Assembly: GCA_024699605.1 (NCBI GenBank)
Contig: JAILPJ010000071.1
Location: forward strand, 6,882-70,881
From: Desulfovibrio sp.
Lineage (GTDB): Bacteria; Desulfobacterota; Desulfovibrionia; Desulfovibrionales; Desulfovibrionaceae
Direction: 5' to 3'
Length of the DNA: 64,000 nt
The notes beneath the pieces were generated by a model. It ran no database searches, was not told the DNA's origin, and worked only from the letters and a program-made list of their open reading frames with translations. Positions 41,647 through 51,659 of the stretch are shown piece after piece. Position numbers and translations under genes: made by a program. Position 1 is the first letter of the stretch. The number at the start of each line of letters is the position of its first letter.

Positions 41647-42618
41647 CTAAACGTAGGGATCCGCGCTTTCCAGATACCTGGTCACATAATCCCTTACTCC
41701 CTGCTCGAGCGAGACAAAAGAGATCGGGCACTGGTACTCCTTAAGCCAGTGCATATCGGCGCAGGTATAATTCTGATAATGCGCTGAAAGATTGTCAGGC
41801 ATGGGCTGATAGACAATGTTCGTTTCCCGCCCCATGGCGGCAAAAACAGCACGCCCGAGATCATTGAAACTGCGGGCCTGGCCTGTGCCGACATTGTGAA
41901 TACCGCAGATGTCTGGATTTTCCAAAAGCCAGGCGATGAGCGCTGTGCAGTCCTTGACATAGACAAAATCGCGTTTCTGCTCACCGTCAGAGAGATCCTT
42001 GGTGTTGGAAGCAAATAGACTGAGCTGACCACGCCTGCGGATTTCCGCGTGTGCCTTGAAAACCACACTGCTCATGGCCCCTTTATGGTATTCATTGGGG
42101 CCGTAGACATTGAAGAATTTCAGACTGGCAATACGGTTGTCCAGGCCTTCGCGCAACAGCCAGAGATCAAGCAAATGTTTGGAATAGCCGTAGATATTCA
42201 GGGGCCTGAGTTGGCCTATCAGGTCCTGATCATCGGAAAAACCCAGACTGCCGTTGCCATAGGTTGCGGCGGAGCTGGCCACAATCATACGGATGTCATG
42301 CGCCACAGCATAACGGCAAAGATCCTGGCTGTAATGAAAATTATTGTCCATGAGAAAGTCAGCATTCTCCTGCGTTGTCGCCGAACAGGCGCCAAGATGG
42401 ACAATAGCACTTACCGAAAAAGGCAGGGCATCACGCAGGAGCAGTTCTCGAAAACGCTCCCTTGGCAGATAGTCCACATAGCGACGCTTGACGAGATTGC
42501 GCCATTTCTCACTTGTGCCTAAATGATCAACGACAAGGATATCGTCGATCCCTACCATGTTCAGCTGCCACAAAAGTACGCTGCCGATAAAGCCTGCACC
42601 GCCAGTTACAACAAGCAC
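41647..42618 (-). CDS. hldD: ADP-L-glycero-D-manno-heptose 6-epimerase
   Basis: VTGGAGFIGS, HLGACSATT, ASSAATYG, PLNIYGYSK, FFNVYGPNEYHKG, RDFVYV, YQNYTCAD. Confidence 0.94.
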   Translation of the reverse strand: MLVVTGGAGFIGSVLLWQLNMVGIDDILVVDHLGTSEKWRNLVKRRYVDYLPRERFRELLLRDALPFSVSAIVHLGACSATTQENADFLMDNNFHYSQDLCRYAVAHDIRMIVASSAATYGNGSLGFSDDQDLIGQLRPLNIYGYSKHLLDLWLLREGLDNRIASLKFFNVYGPNEYHKGAMSSVVFKAHAEIRRRGQLSLFASNTKDLSDGEQKRDFVYVKDCTALIAWLLENPDICGIHNVGTGQARSFNDLGRAVFAAMGRETNIVYQPMPDNLSAHYQNYTCADMHWLKEYQCPISFVSLEQGVRDYVTRYLESADPYV

Positions 42619-42756
42619 GCTATCTCCTTTTGCCTATACTTGACGTAAGACTATGTCAGAAAAAAATTTGCTACTTCCGCGCAGAAATGGTATCCCCAAA
42701 GCCCTCTGTCAGGCAAGTTAGCGCCTGACCATCATACCAGCCCAAAAGGATTTCTT

Positions 42757-43101
42757 ATGCAGATATGCCTTGCCTCTTTTGACGATCACGAAATCATGCT
42801 GGAACTGCGAGCAGGGCTAGTTTATATTGACGGAGAAGTGCAGCCCATCAAACATGTGACGGAAGAAGAGATCCAAGACTTCGCCGCAAAGCTCGAGGCT
42901 GTTCCCGTAAGCGACGATCCTGGCTTAGCTGCCCTGCTCGACGCCAAGAGAGCAGAAATTCTTGTCTCCCTGCTGGGTCGGGCCGTAGGCGAGGAATGTA
43001 TCGATTTTCTCACTAGCCTGCTCGACAGACTGCATTTTAATGTGCTGCACTATCTTGACGAAGACCATAGCTGTGAGTGCCATGACCATGAACATGCTTG
43101 A
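42757..43101 (+). CDS. Small acidic protein with His/Cys-rich C-terminus, coupled to sufC
   Basis: AAGGA RBS; ends in DEDHSCECHDHEHA; 8-nt overlap with the sufC start. Confidence 0.7.
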   Translation: MQICLASFDDHEIMLELRAGLVYIDGEVQPIKHVTEEEIQDFAAKLEAVPVSDDPGLAALLDAKRAEILVSLLGRAVGEECIDFLTSLLDRLHFNVLHYLDEDHSCECHDHEHA

Positions 43102-43867
43102 AATCATTGACCTTCACGTCAGTATCGGAGGCACACCGGTTCTCAAGGGTGTGAATCTGACCATCAAGTCGGGAGAAACCTTTATCCTCTTTGGTCCCAA
43201 TGGCTCGGGCAAAACGAGTCTTTTGATGACATTGATGGGTGTTTCCGGCTACCAGGTGACGCAGGGAAAGATTCTTTTCAAAGGCCAAGACATCACCGAA
43301 GCCCCCATGTATGAACGTGCTCGCCTGGGCATCGGAATCTCCTTTCAACGTCCTCCGACCATCCGGGGCCTGCCCACAGGAAAACTCGTCGAACTCTGTG
43401 CCCGCAAGCAAAAAATCGACATCCCGGCCATGGCCCGAAAGCTCAATTTTGACACCTTTCTCGAACGGGATGTCAATGCCGGCTTTTCCGGCGGAGAGAT
43501 CAAACGTTCTGAGCTTTTGCAACTCATGGCCCAGCGGCCCGATCTGATCCTCTTTGATGAGCCGGAAAGCGGAGTCGATCTGGAAAATATGGCCCTTGTG
43601 GGCAATACCGTACATGAATTGCTTGAGGGAGATGGTCCCAAAGGCGCCAGCCTCAGACAATTGGGTCGCGTGCGCCACACCTGTGGGCTGATCATCACGC
43701 ATACTGGCTATATTTTGCAATACGTCAATGCCCACCGCGGCCAGGTGCTCTATCACGGCAAACTCTGCTGTGAAGCCAATCCTCACGAGATTCTCAAACA
43801 TATTCAAAAACATGGCTATCACGAATGCCTGCGCTGTCTGTCCACAGACGACAAGGAGCTACGCTGA
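43094..43867 (+). CDS. sufC: SufC-like ABC ATPase (minimal SUF/SMS type)
   Basis: GPNGSGKTS, GFSGGEIKRSELLQ, DEPESGVD, IITHTG. Confidence 0.88.
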   Translation: MLEIIDLHVSIGGTPVLKGVNLTIKSGETFILFGPNGSGKTSLLMTLMGVSGYQVTQGKILFKGQDITEAPMYERARLGIGISFQRPPTIRGLPTGKLVELCARKQKIDIPAMARKLNFDTFLERDVNAGFSGGEIKRSELLQLMAQRPDLILFDEPESGVDLENMALVGNTVHELLEGDGPKGASLRQLGRVRHTCGLIITHTGYILQYVNAHRGQVLYHGKLCCEANPHEILKHIQKHGYHECLRCLSTDDKELR

Positions 43868-45027
43868 TGAGTGTCGATCTTTCGCGCTATTCCTTCAATG
43901 CCGGAGAAAAGACAGGACCCCTTGCCGATCTCGGCCTTCTGCCGAAAATGGATCAAGTCAGGCTCATAGAAGCCGGCATCAATGTGCAAGACCACAACGT
44001 CAGTGGTGCCTTTATGCAGATCAACCGTGAAGGTGTGCACTGCAATACGCGCCATGAAGGTGTTGAACTTTTGAGCATTCAGGCTGCCTTAAAAAAATAC
44101 GACGGCCTGCCCAGGCATTTCTGGCATCTACTCGATCCCGAGGCTGATGATCTGGCCAAAACAGCCAAGGAAACCCTTGGCGGCGGCTATTTTATTCGCG
44201 CAAAAAAAGGCGTGAAAGTCACTGAGCCTCTGCAGTCGTGCATGTTTATTAAGGGAGCACGGGTTGGCCAGAGCGTACACAATATCGTTATTGTGGAAGA
44301 AGGCGCGGAATTACACATTCTCAATGGCTGTGCCACCTCAAAATCTACGGAGGAGGCTCTGCATCTGGGTTTTACCGAGTACTATGTGGAAAAAGGCGGC
44401 AAGCTCACGTTCACCATGGTGCACAATTGGGGCGAGAACGTCACGGTCCGCCCGAGATCAGCCGGCATTGTGGAAAGCGGAGGAGAGTTTCAAAGCAACT
44501 ACATCCTGCTGAAAACAGTGGGTGATCTTTCCATGTACCCGGTGATCAAGCTTGTGGGCGAAAATGCGGTTTCGCGTTTTAATTCCGTGATCGTCGCTCC
44601 CAAGGGATCCAATCTCGACTGCGGCAACAGAATTGAACTCAATGCGCCCAATACCCGCGGAGAAGTCATCGCCCGCGTTCTGACAGTCGGCGGCAAGGTG
44701 GTCAGCCGCGGCTATATTGGTGCCCAGGCCACACCGGTCAAAGGTCATCTCGAATGCAAAGGCCTCATTCTCGGTGGTGGTTCCATCCACACCATTCCTG
44801 AACTCTTCAGCTGCCAGGATGGCGTTGAGCTCTCCCACGAAGCAGCTGTCGGTAAAATAGCCCAAGAGGAAATCGAATACCTCATGGCTCGCGGTCTTGA
44901 TGAAGATGAGGCGGCCTCAACGATTGTCCGAGGCTTCCTCAATGTTGACATCATGGGCCTGCCTGAGCAGCTCAAAGACGCTATGAACGAGCAAATCGCA
45001 ACGCTCAATTCCAGCGCAGCCCTCTAA
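43867..45027 (+). CDS. sufB: SufB/SufD-like Fe-S scaffold (minimal SUF/SMS type)
   Basis: HNIVIVEEGA, GHLECKGL, HTIPEL, ELSHEAAVGKIAQEEIEYLMARGL. TGATG coupling to sufC. Confidence 0.85.
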   Translation: MSVDLSRYSFNAGEKTGPLADLGLLPKMDQVRLIEAGINVQDHNVSGAFMQINREGVHCNTRHEGVELLSIQAALKKYDGLPRHFWHLLDPEADDLAKTAKETLGGGYFIRAKKGVKVTEPLQSCMFIKGARVGQSVHNIVIVEEGAELHILNGCATSKSTEEALHLGFTEYYVEKGGKLTFTMVHNWGENVTVRPRSAGIVESGGEFQSNYILLKTVGDLSMYPVIKLVGENAVSRFNSVIVAPKGSNLDCGNRIELNAPNTRGEVIARVLTVGGKVVSRGYIGAQATPVKGHLECKGLILGGGSIHTIPELFSCQDGVELSHEAAVGKIAQEEIEYLMARGLDEDEAASTIVRGFLNVDIMGLPEQLKDAMNEQIATLNSSAAL

Positions 45028-45072
45028 AGGCCCTTGACGGCCATGAAGACCCTCGACTATAGATAAGACATT

Positions 45073-45148
45073 GGGCCTGTAGCTCAATTGGCAGAGCCTC
45101 CGGCTCATAACCGGCAAGTTCCAGGTTCAAGTCCTGGCAGGCCCACCA
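45073..45148 (+). tRNA. tRNA with CAT anticodon, probably tRNA-Ile2 (lysidine type); elongator Met not excluded
   Basis: 76 nt; acceptor stem GGGCCTG/CAGGCCC, T-loop TTCAAGT, CAT at 45106-45108, encoded CCA. Lacks initiator hallmarks. GGGCCT start and A37-A38 favour Ile. Confidence 0.9.
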
Positions 45149-45161
45149 GCCCGACAAAAAT

Positions 45162-45183
45162 AGCCCTTTCCAGGGCTTTTTTT
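45162..45183 (+). terminator. Terminator after tRNA
   Basis: AGCCCT-ttcc-AGGGCT followed by a T-run. Confidence 0.7.
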
Positions 45184-45231
45184 GTGCCTAAGCTTCCCCC
45201 TGGAAGCCCTCCAACCGACAATGTTCCGCAG

Positions 45232-45262
45232 AAAAAAAAGCCACGGTTCTGATCCCGTGGCT
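45232..45262 (-). terminator. Terminator of the minus-strand hypothetical gene
   Basis: AGCCACGG-N8-CCGTGGCT followed by a T-run on the minus strand. Confidence 0.65.
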
Positions 45263-45364
45263 CTCAAGCGCAGCTAAACTGTCACACGAACCTCGATCCC
45301 GCAAAGGCCAATCCACACGGCACAAAATCATGCGAGCTCGTGCTATGCGAACTCCACCGTCCAG

Positions 45365-46099
45365 CTATTGACGCATAAACTGCATGGTTTCACCGTTGGG
45401 CGAACTGATGATCAGGGTATTATCCCGAATCAGAGCCCTGTGCTCGCCATTACGGCCAACGCCGGTACCGCCAGTGATATGATAGCTGAGAATATTGTTT
45501 CTGAACGAAAAGTCGCCACTTTCAATTTTGCGACCCTTGAGGAAAAACTGATACTTGTTGCCGTGAAACACAAAGCGGGCATCACCCTGTGCTGTAGGAC
45601 TCACCCAGGAACCTTCAAGCGGCGTCTTGGCAGCGCGGGCAAAATCGTCAAAGCCCGTATCACGGGACCGTTGTCCTTGATCGCCAAAACCTGGAATAGG
45701 CGCACGCTCCTGGCTTTTGCCCGGATAGCGCACAAGACGGATATCGTGATCCAAAACCAGCGTATTGCCAGAAAGTTCATAGTGAAAGTCAAGGACCTTG
45801 TCCTTTTCAAGACGCAGCTGCAGACTGTGGCCACGCGTACGCCATAGACCGTAAAGTTCCTGACTGTTCATGCCCATGGCACAGACATTGTGCATAAACA
45901 CGAGCACAAGCTCATCCTGCCCCCGTCGACCTACCCAGGCACCCTGAAGCGGAGATGAGGCCGTCTCACGCATATTCTGCTCAAGACGTTCAAGGAGATC
46001 TCGGCCTTGTCGGCTCAATTCAGGCCGGGCAAACGTCAACGCTGGCAAAAGCAAAAGCGTGCACAAAACAAGACTGACTGCAGATAGTGCGCGATGCAT
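45365..46099 (-). CDS. Exported hypothetical protein with two similar beta-rich domains
   Basis: Signal peptide. PLQGAWVG...LSGNTLVL and PLEGSWVS...IRDNTLII look like a tandem duplication. GGAGG RBS before MHRAL. Confidence 0.7.
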   Translation of the reverse strand: MHRALSAVSLVLCTLLLLPALTFARPELSRQGRDLLERLEQNMRETASSPLQGAWVGRRGQDELVLVFMHNVCAMGMNSQELYGLWRTRGHSLQLRLEKDKVLDFHYELSGNTLVLDHDIRLVRYPGKSQERAPIPGFGDQGQRSRDTGFDDFARAAKTPLEGSWVSPTAQGDARFVFHGNKYQFFLKGRKIESGDFSFRNNILSYHITGGTGVGRNGEHRALIRDNTLIISSPNGETMQFMRQ

Positions 46100-46310
46100 C
46101 GTTCCTCCCATGCTCGGCAAAAAAAATACCAACACGCCACACACGCTGTGCGACAAAATCAAGACGGCCTACACGCCAAACGCAATGCCTGTACTTTTGA
46201 CCGAAACGCTTTTTGGCTCGGCCAGCAGTCGCCAAAGGGAGACTCCTTGATGGGCAAAAAGCTGAAGCGAGATGATCACGCAAAGCGTTTTTGCTTGGCA
46301 CAGGCCAATC

Positions 46311-47660
46311 TTAGCGGGCTCCCTTGGGGAAAAGGACTACACCAATCGTTTTAAAAATAATATGTATATCCAGGAGAAGCGACATATTCTTAATATAGTA
46401 AAGATCATATTCCAATTTACAGCGCGCGTCTTCCTCACTGGCGCCATAGGGATAGCAAACTTGAGCCCAGCCTGTGAGTCCTGGTTTCACCGTATGTCGC
46501 ATGCTGTAGTAGGGGATAGTCTCTTTCAACTTCTCCACAAAAGCCATACGCTCAGGTCTGGGCCCAATAAAACTCATATCGCCTTTGAGAATGTTCCAGA
46601 TCTGCGGCAGCTCATCTATACGGACCTTTCGGATAAAACGGCCGAAACGCGTAACGCGACTGTCATTGGCTTTGGCCCACACTGCGCCGTTTTTTTCCGC
46701 ATCGGCGCACATGGAACGAAATTTATACACCGTAAATTCTTTTTCAAAGAGGCCTACACGATCTTGCCGGTAAATGACAGGACCTGGAGACTCAAGTCGG
46801 ATGATAATGGCTGTAATGAGCATGACAGGAGCGGTGAAGACCAAGAGCAGAAGAGAACAGAGCACATCAACGGCACGCTTCAGACGGCGCAGTGAACCGC
46901 GTGTATTTAAGGAAAAGCCTTCGGAAAGCAGCAGCCACTCTTCCGTAATCTGTGAAAGCGGCAAGCGTTTGACCACGTGCTCGTAAAAGGAACGGATATC
47001 CACCACCATACGCCCACCGAGCTTGGCCATCAAAAGATCATGGGCAATATCATCATCAATGGGGGCATCAGGCAACAGCAGAATCATGGTGGCATGCTGT
47101 TCCTGAGCAATGCGTAAGGCATCAAAAGGTGCTCCCAGGCAGGGACCAGCTTCCGCTCCCTGCCCCTTTTCCCCCACATAACCAAGAATTCTGGCCTTGG
47201 GCAGACCTTCCTGCAAAAGCTGACGGACTTTACCGGCCCGATCAACCCCCACGAGCAAAATGCGCAAGGGATGGGTTAAGCTGTCGGCATTGCGATAGTA
47301 AAACCAGCGCCAGGCCAGACAAAAGGTTGAGGAGAGCAAAAAAAGCAGTCCCAGGGTTTCTCGGTCAAAACGCCAGTGGTCAAAGGCATAGGAGGCCACT
47401 GTGCTTGAGAGAATGCCAAGCACACAGCCCACAAGCAAGCGCCCCAGGCTTTCCTTAAAGTCCTCAAAACCCACCTTATAGGCGTCTGTGATATAAAAGA
47501 AAAGAAGATAGAAAAATATGGTGAATAGCGAGGCACCGGTATAGTCGAAAAAGACATTGAGATCACTGGCAATAGTCAGAAGCCCGGTCACAGCGAGAGC
47601 TAAGAGCAGGCAAAAAGCATCCAGGGTCTGCAAGAGAGCTCTGCGATAGGCACTAATCAT
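46311..47660 (-). CDS. Polyprenyl glycosylphosphotransferase (WcaJ/WbaP family initiating sugar transferase)
   Basis: Four N-terminal TMs, LKRAVD, YKFRSM, DSRVTRFGRFIRKVRIDELPQIWN, GPRPE, KPGLTGWAQV. Confidence 0.92.
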   Translation of the reverse strand: MISAYRRALLQTLDAFCLLLALAVTGLLTIASDLNVFFDYTGASLFTIFFYLLFFYITDAYKVGFEDFKESLGRLLVGCVLGILSSTVASYAFDHWRFDRETLGLLFLLSSTFCLAWRWFYYRNADSLTHPLRILLVGVDRAGKVRQLLQEGLPKARILGYVGEKGQGAEAGPCLGAPFDALRIAQEQHATMILLLPDAPIDDDIAHDLLMAKLGGRMVVDIRSFYEHVVKRLPLSQITEEWLLLSEGFSLNTRGSLRRLKRAVDVLCSLLLLVFTAPVMLITAIIIRLESPGPVIYRQDRVGLFEKEFTVYKFRSMCADAEKNGAVWAKANDSRVTRFGRFIRKVRIDELPQIWNILKGDMSFIGPRPERMAFVEKLKETIPYYSMRHTVKPGLTGWAQVCYPYGASEEDARCKLEYDLYYIKNMSLLLDIHIIFKTIGVVLFPKGAR

Positions 47661-47671
47661 CTCTCTCCTCC

Positions 47672-48796
47672 TCAAACCAGTCCCATTTCTTGCAGAATAT
47701 GGGCCGCAACAACTTCGGCATCAAAAAGCGTTTGCGCACGTTTGCGTCCATTATTGCCCATGACCTGCACCTGTTCAGGATGTTCACAAAATTCTTCCAT
47801 AGCCTGCTTGAGGGCCTCGACATCACGCACGCTGACCAGCCGGCCGTTTTCTCCGTCAACGACCACTTCACGGCAACCAGGAGCATCGCTGACAATGGCG
47901 GCCCGTCCCGTACTCATGGCTTCCATGACGGCCGTGGGCGTACCTTCCCGCCACGAGGGCAAAACAAGCACATGACACGCTCGAAGATAGGGACGAACAT
48001 CCTGCGTCTGTCCAAGATACTCAATAACACCGGCCTTTTGCCAGCCTAAAACTTCATCCACGGGCACACAGCCAGGTCCGTGCTCTTCCGGACCGAGAAT
48101 CTGAAAGCGGGCTTTGGGGAAACGCGCCTTGACGGCACGGGCTGCAGCAAAATACTCACGCAGCCCCTTGGCTTCAAGCAGGCGACCAATGAGCAAAAAG
48201 ACCGGATTCTCCGCCTCGGGCAAAAGCGGGGGAGCATAGGCAAAACGCGCTGTATCCACGCCAGTGCCCCGAGCAAAAAGCACTCGGGCCGATTCATCGA
48301 GAATACCTTGGCTTTGAAAAAGAGCCGCATCATCGGGATTTTGAAAAAAGATTCCTTGGGCAAAACACAAGGAATGCCGATAGAGGAATGCCGTGAGAGC
48401 ATGCAGCAGACGCTTGGCGGCTGAATCCGCCTCAAAGGTATAGCCTAGGCCGGTAATCGTAGCATAAATATGCGGGACATGCCGCAGACGAGCTGCCAGA
48501 CAGCCGTAGATCACAGGTTTGATGGTGGAAGTGAAGAGCACCTCACAGTCTTCTTCCCGCAGAATTCGTAAAAGCTGCAAAAAGGTTTTGATATCCTGAA
48601 AGGGATTGAGCCCCTTACGGGCAAGATAATAGGTGCGCACGACCCCGTTTTCTGCAAGTGCGTCTAAGTCTGAAGCCTCACCGTCAGCCGGGACGCAGAC
48701 AACGACCTCATGACCGGCAGCCCGCATCTGACGCATCAGCACGGTCCAGAAATTGCGTACGGCCCGGGCCTGATTTCCCAAAACTAGTACTTTCAT
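47672..48796 (-). CDS. GT4 glycosyltransferase (PglA/WbpU-like)
   Basis: TIKPVIYG, TITGLG, FQNPDD, GTGVD, GRLLEAKG, LPSWREGTP. Confidence 0.88.
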   Translation of the reverse strand: MKVLVLGNQARAVRNFWTVLMRQMRAAGHEVVVCVPADGEASDLDALAENGVVRTYYLARKGLNPFQDIKTFLQLLRILREEDCEVLFTSTIKPVIYGCLAARLRHVPHIYATITGLGYTFEADSAAKRLLHALTAFLYRHSLCFAQGIFFQNPDDAALFQSQGILDESARVLFARGTGVDTARFAYAPPLLPEAENPVFLLIGRLLEAKGLREYFAAARAVKARFPKARFQILGPEEHGPGCVPVDEVLGWQKAGVIEYLGQTQDVRPYLRACHVLVLPSWREGTPTAVMEAMSTGRAAIVSDAPGCREVVVDGENGRLVSVRDVEALKQAMEEFCEHPEQVQVMGNNGRKRAQTLFDAEVVAAHILQEMGLV

Positions 48797-48851
48797 CAGC
48801 TATTTCAGCGTGGAGCCTCTGTTCCGAGGACTGGGAGGAAACGCTGCCTCC
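48797..48851 (-). promoter_or_regulatory. Structured 5'UTR element, copy 3 (upstream of GT4)
   Basis: Minus strand: GGAGG CAGCGT TTCCTCCCAGT CCTC-ggaaca-GAGG CTCC ACGCTG AAATAGCTG ATG. 50 nt from GGAGG to ATG. Confidence 0.8.
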
Positions 48852-49207
48852 AATAACGATATTTTTGGCCATTTCTAGCCACACGAGCCTGTGTCTAACG
48901 CCTATCAGCCCAGCCTTTCCCTAAGACGGCAAAGGAAATTTGATTGCCTTGTGGCTATCACCTTTTCCCGCCTTTCTCAAGCGCAGCGGGCAGGCTTGCA
49001 TAGCGCTTCGAAATGCTCTAAAGCTTGTCTTTTCGGGTTCCTCTTACGTTTGTGAGGGATTTGCCAGTACAAGGCTTGTCCTCTCCAAGCACAGGTTCTC
49101 GCTTCTTCGCCACAGTCCAAGAAGTTCCCGTCCCCCACGACATGGCCGCAGCCTTGTAGCACTCTCAGAGGTCGGACGGACATGCTGATCAATACAGGAA
49201 AAACAAC

Positions 49208-49263
49208 GGAGGCAGCGTTTCCTCTCAGGCTTTGCGTCTGAGGTTTTCACGCTGAAATACGTA
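49208..49263 (+). promoter_or_regulatory. Structured 5'UTR element, copy 4 (upstream of WbpP-like epimerase)
   Basis: GGAGG CAGCGT TTCCT CTCAGGC-tttgc-GTCTGAG GTTTTC ACGCTG AAATACGTA ATG. 51 nt from GGAGG to ATG. Confidence 0.8.
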
Positions 49264-50289
49264 ATGACCGCCTTTACTCAATGTTCCGAGCAGATCCAAA
49301 AAAAACCTGAACACTGGCTGATCACCGGTGTAGCTGGTTTTATCGGCTCCAACCTTTTAGAAACCCTGCTCAAACTCGGTCAAAAAGTGACCGGCCTCGA
49401 CAATTTTCTCACAGGCTACCAGAAGAATCTTGATATGGTGGAAAAGCTTGTGGGACCAGAAGCCTGGAAAAATTTTACCTTTATTAAAGGGGACATCCGC
49501 GATCTTGCAACCTGCCAAAAGGCCGTGCAAGGAGTTCAACATGTACTCCATGAAGCGGCCCTAGGCTCAGTACCCCGTTCCATTGCCGATCCGCTGCTCT
49601 CCAACAGCTGCAATATCGACGGTTTTCTCAACATGCTTTTGGCCGCACGCGATGCCAAGGTGGAGAGTTTTGTCTATGCCGCCTCATCTTCCACCTACGG
49701 AGATTCCACAGAACTACCCAAGGTGGAAGACAAAATCGGGCATCCCCTTTCTCCTTACGCGGTCACCAAATACGTCAATGAACTCTATGCGGATGTCTGT
49801 GCTCGCTGTTATGGTTTTCAAACCATCGGTCTGCGCTACTTCAATGTTTTTGGTCAACGTCAGGATCCCTACGGAGCCTATGCCGCCGTCATTCCCCAGT
49901 GGTTTGCGAGCATGCTGAAGAATGAAACGGTCTACATTAACGGTGATGGCGAAACCACACGCGACTTCTGCTATATTGATAATGTTGTGCAGGCCAATCT
50001 TCTGGCCAGCATGGCTTGTGAAACGGCCAAAAACAAGGTTTACAATGTCGCCTTTGGCCAACGCATCACGTTAAACGAGCTTTTTTCAGCTATTCGCGAC
50101 GAAGTCGCCCGTCACAGGCCCGAGGCTGCTGAGATGACGGCCACCTACCGTGATTTCCGGGCAGGCGATGTCAGACATTCTTTGGCCGACATCACCCGTG
50201 CCAAAACGCTTCTAGGCTATGCCCCCACTCATGATGTTCGCTCTGGCCTTCGTCTGGCAGGCGATTGGTACGCCGCCAATCTTTCCTGA
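49264..50289 (+). CDS. UDP-GlcNAc 4-epimerase (WbpP/TviC-like extended SDR)
   Basis: [55 protein letters not shown]. Confidence 0.9.
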   Translation: MTAFTQCSEQIQKKPEHWLITGVAGFIGSNLLETLLKLGQKVTGLDNFLTGYQKNLDMVEKLVGPEAWKNFTFIKGDIRDLATCQKAVQGVQHVLHEAALGSVPRSIADPLLSNSCNIDGFLNMLLAARDAKVESFVYAASSSTYGDSTELPKVEDKIGHPLSPYAVTKYVNELYADVCARCYGFQTIGLRYFNVFGQRQDPYGAYAAVIPQWFASMLKNETVYINGDGETTRDFCYIDNVVQANLLASMACETAKNKVYNVAFGQRITLNELFSAIRDEVARHRPEAAEMTATYRDFRAGDVRHSLADITRAKTLLGYAPTHDVRSGLRLAGDWYAANLS

Positions 50290-50292
50290 ACC

Positions 50293-51597
50293 TTAGGCCA
50301 AGGCCGTCAAATCATAGTCGGCACTTTCCACGATATCGGCACTGACCACTTGGCCCGGGGCAACTCCCGGGCCACTGATATAGGTCTGGCCATCCACTTC
50401 CGGGGCCTGAAACCAAAGCCGTCCGTTATGCAAGCCTGGCCATTCCTCGTTGACGCTGTCAACCAGAACAGGCAGTCGCTGACCGACATAGCGTGTCAAT
50501 AATTCCTGGCTCACAGAGCGCTGTATTTCCATCAGCTCATCACGTCGAGCCTGAGCCACCGCCTCGGGTACCTGGTCAGGATAGCTGTAGGCCTTTGTCC
50601 CCTCTTCACGCTGGTACGTGAACACCCCGAGATGGGAAAAACCATTTTCTTCCACAAAACGGCAGAGATGGGCAAAATGGGCGTCAGTCTCTCCAGGAAA
50701 GCCCACGATACATGTGGTACGAATAACCGCATCAGGCACAATGCGACGCACCCGCTCGACGATGCGTGCGGCATCCTGGGCAAAGGGCCGCCCCATGCGG
50801 CTGAGGATTTCGGGATGGGCATGTTGCAGAGGAATGTCAAAATAGGGCAGCAAAGGCGCACCGGTATCGCGCAGAAAACGTAAAAAAGCTTCATCCAGAC
50901 CCGTGGGATACAGATAGAGCAGGCGCAGCCAGAGTAACGACTCACGTCGGCACAGCTCGCTGATCAGGCTTTGCAACGACTCGCCAGTATCCTTGCCATA
51001 ATCTGTGACGTCCTGGGCGACAAGATCAATCTCGCGGACACCTTGCGCCAACAAAGCATCCGCTTCTGCGAGGAGAGCGTGACTTGCGCTGGACTTGAGC
51101 GGACCGCGAATATCAGGAATGGTACAAAAGGCGCATCTGTGCCGGCACCCCTCGCCAATTTTCAGCCAGGCGTACGAAGGCCCTGTGGACAAAAGACGGC
51201 CCCCTTTTCCCGCAGACTGCCCCAACAGGGCTTGACTAAGACGCTCAGGCCAGTGCTCAAGATCGCTACTCTCCAGCCAGAGATCCACTTCCGGGATCTC
51301 CTTGGCGAGCTCCTTTGCGCCATAGCGCCCCACAAGGCAGCCGCCCACGGCAAAAAACGGACGTTTTTTCAGATTGCTGATGGCCTGGGCAAGCTGCAGA
51401 ATGGTCTGAACCGATTCACGGACAGCTGGCTCAATGAAGCCGCAGGTATTCACAAAAATAAGCTGGGCACGCCCTTTCTGTCTGACAAAACGGATCCTGC
51501 AGCCCAGAGAGCCCAAGAGACGTTCCGTATCCACCCGATTCTTAGGACAGCCGAGACTCACGGACCACACAGCAAGACTTGTCTCTTTCCTCTGCAT
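50293..51597 (-). CDS. rimO: Ribosomal protein S12 methylthiotransferase
   Basis: SLGCPKNRVDTE, NTCGFIEPA, GCRHRCAFC, YFDIPLQH, GFPGET, APEVDG TRAM region. Start re-picked at MQRKE. Confidence 0.95.
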   Translation of the reverse strand: MQRKETSLAVWSVSLGCPKNRVDTERLLGSLGCRIRFVRQKGRAQLIFVNTCGFIEPAVRESVQTILQLAQAISNLKKRPFFAVGGCLVGRYGAKELAKEIPEVDLWLESSDLEHWPERLSQALLGQSAGKGGRLLSTGPSYAWLKIGEGCRHRCAFCTIPDIRGPLKSSASHALLAEADALLAQGVREIDLVAQDVTDYGKDTGESLQSLISELCRRESLLWLRLLYLYPTGLDEAFLRFLRDTGAPLLPYFDIPLQHAHPEILSRMGRPFAQDAARIVERVRRIVPDAVIRTTCIVGFPGETDAHFAHLCRFVEENGFSHLGVFTYQREEGTKAYSYPDQVPEAVAQARRDELMEIQRSVSQELLTRYVGQRLPVLVDSVNEEWPGLHNGRLWFQAPEVDGQTYISGPGVAPGQVVSADIVESADYDLTALA

Positions 51598-51659
51598 CTT
51601 GTCACCTCTACACGTAAACGTACGCTTTTTCCCCGAACTTGAAAATCGTTGGTTGCCCC

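Noticed and set aside
45148-46310. Genomic island at the tRNA 3' end
   Set aside because: No integrase and no duplicated tRNA 3' end were seen in the window.
49044-49250. Similar short peptides in ORFs 49044-49250(-) and 62255-62440(-) (ERKRxLRCFS)
   Set aside because: The similarity is the antisense translation of the repeated non-coding element, not a protein family.
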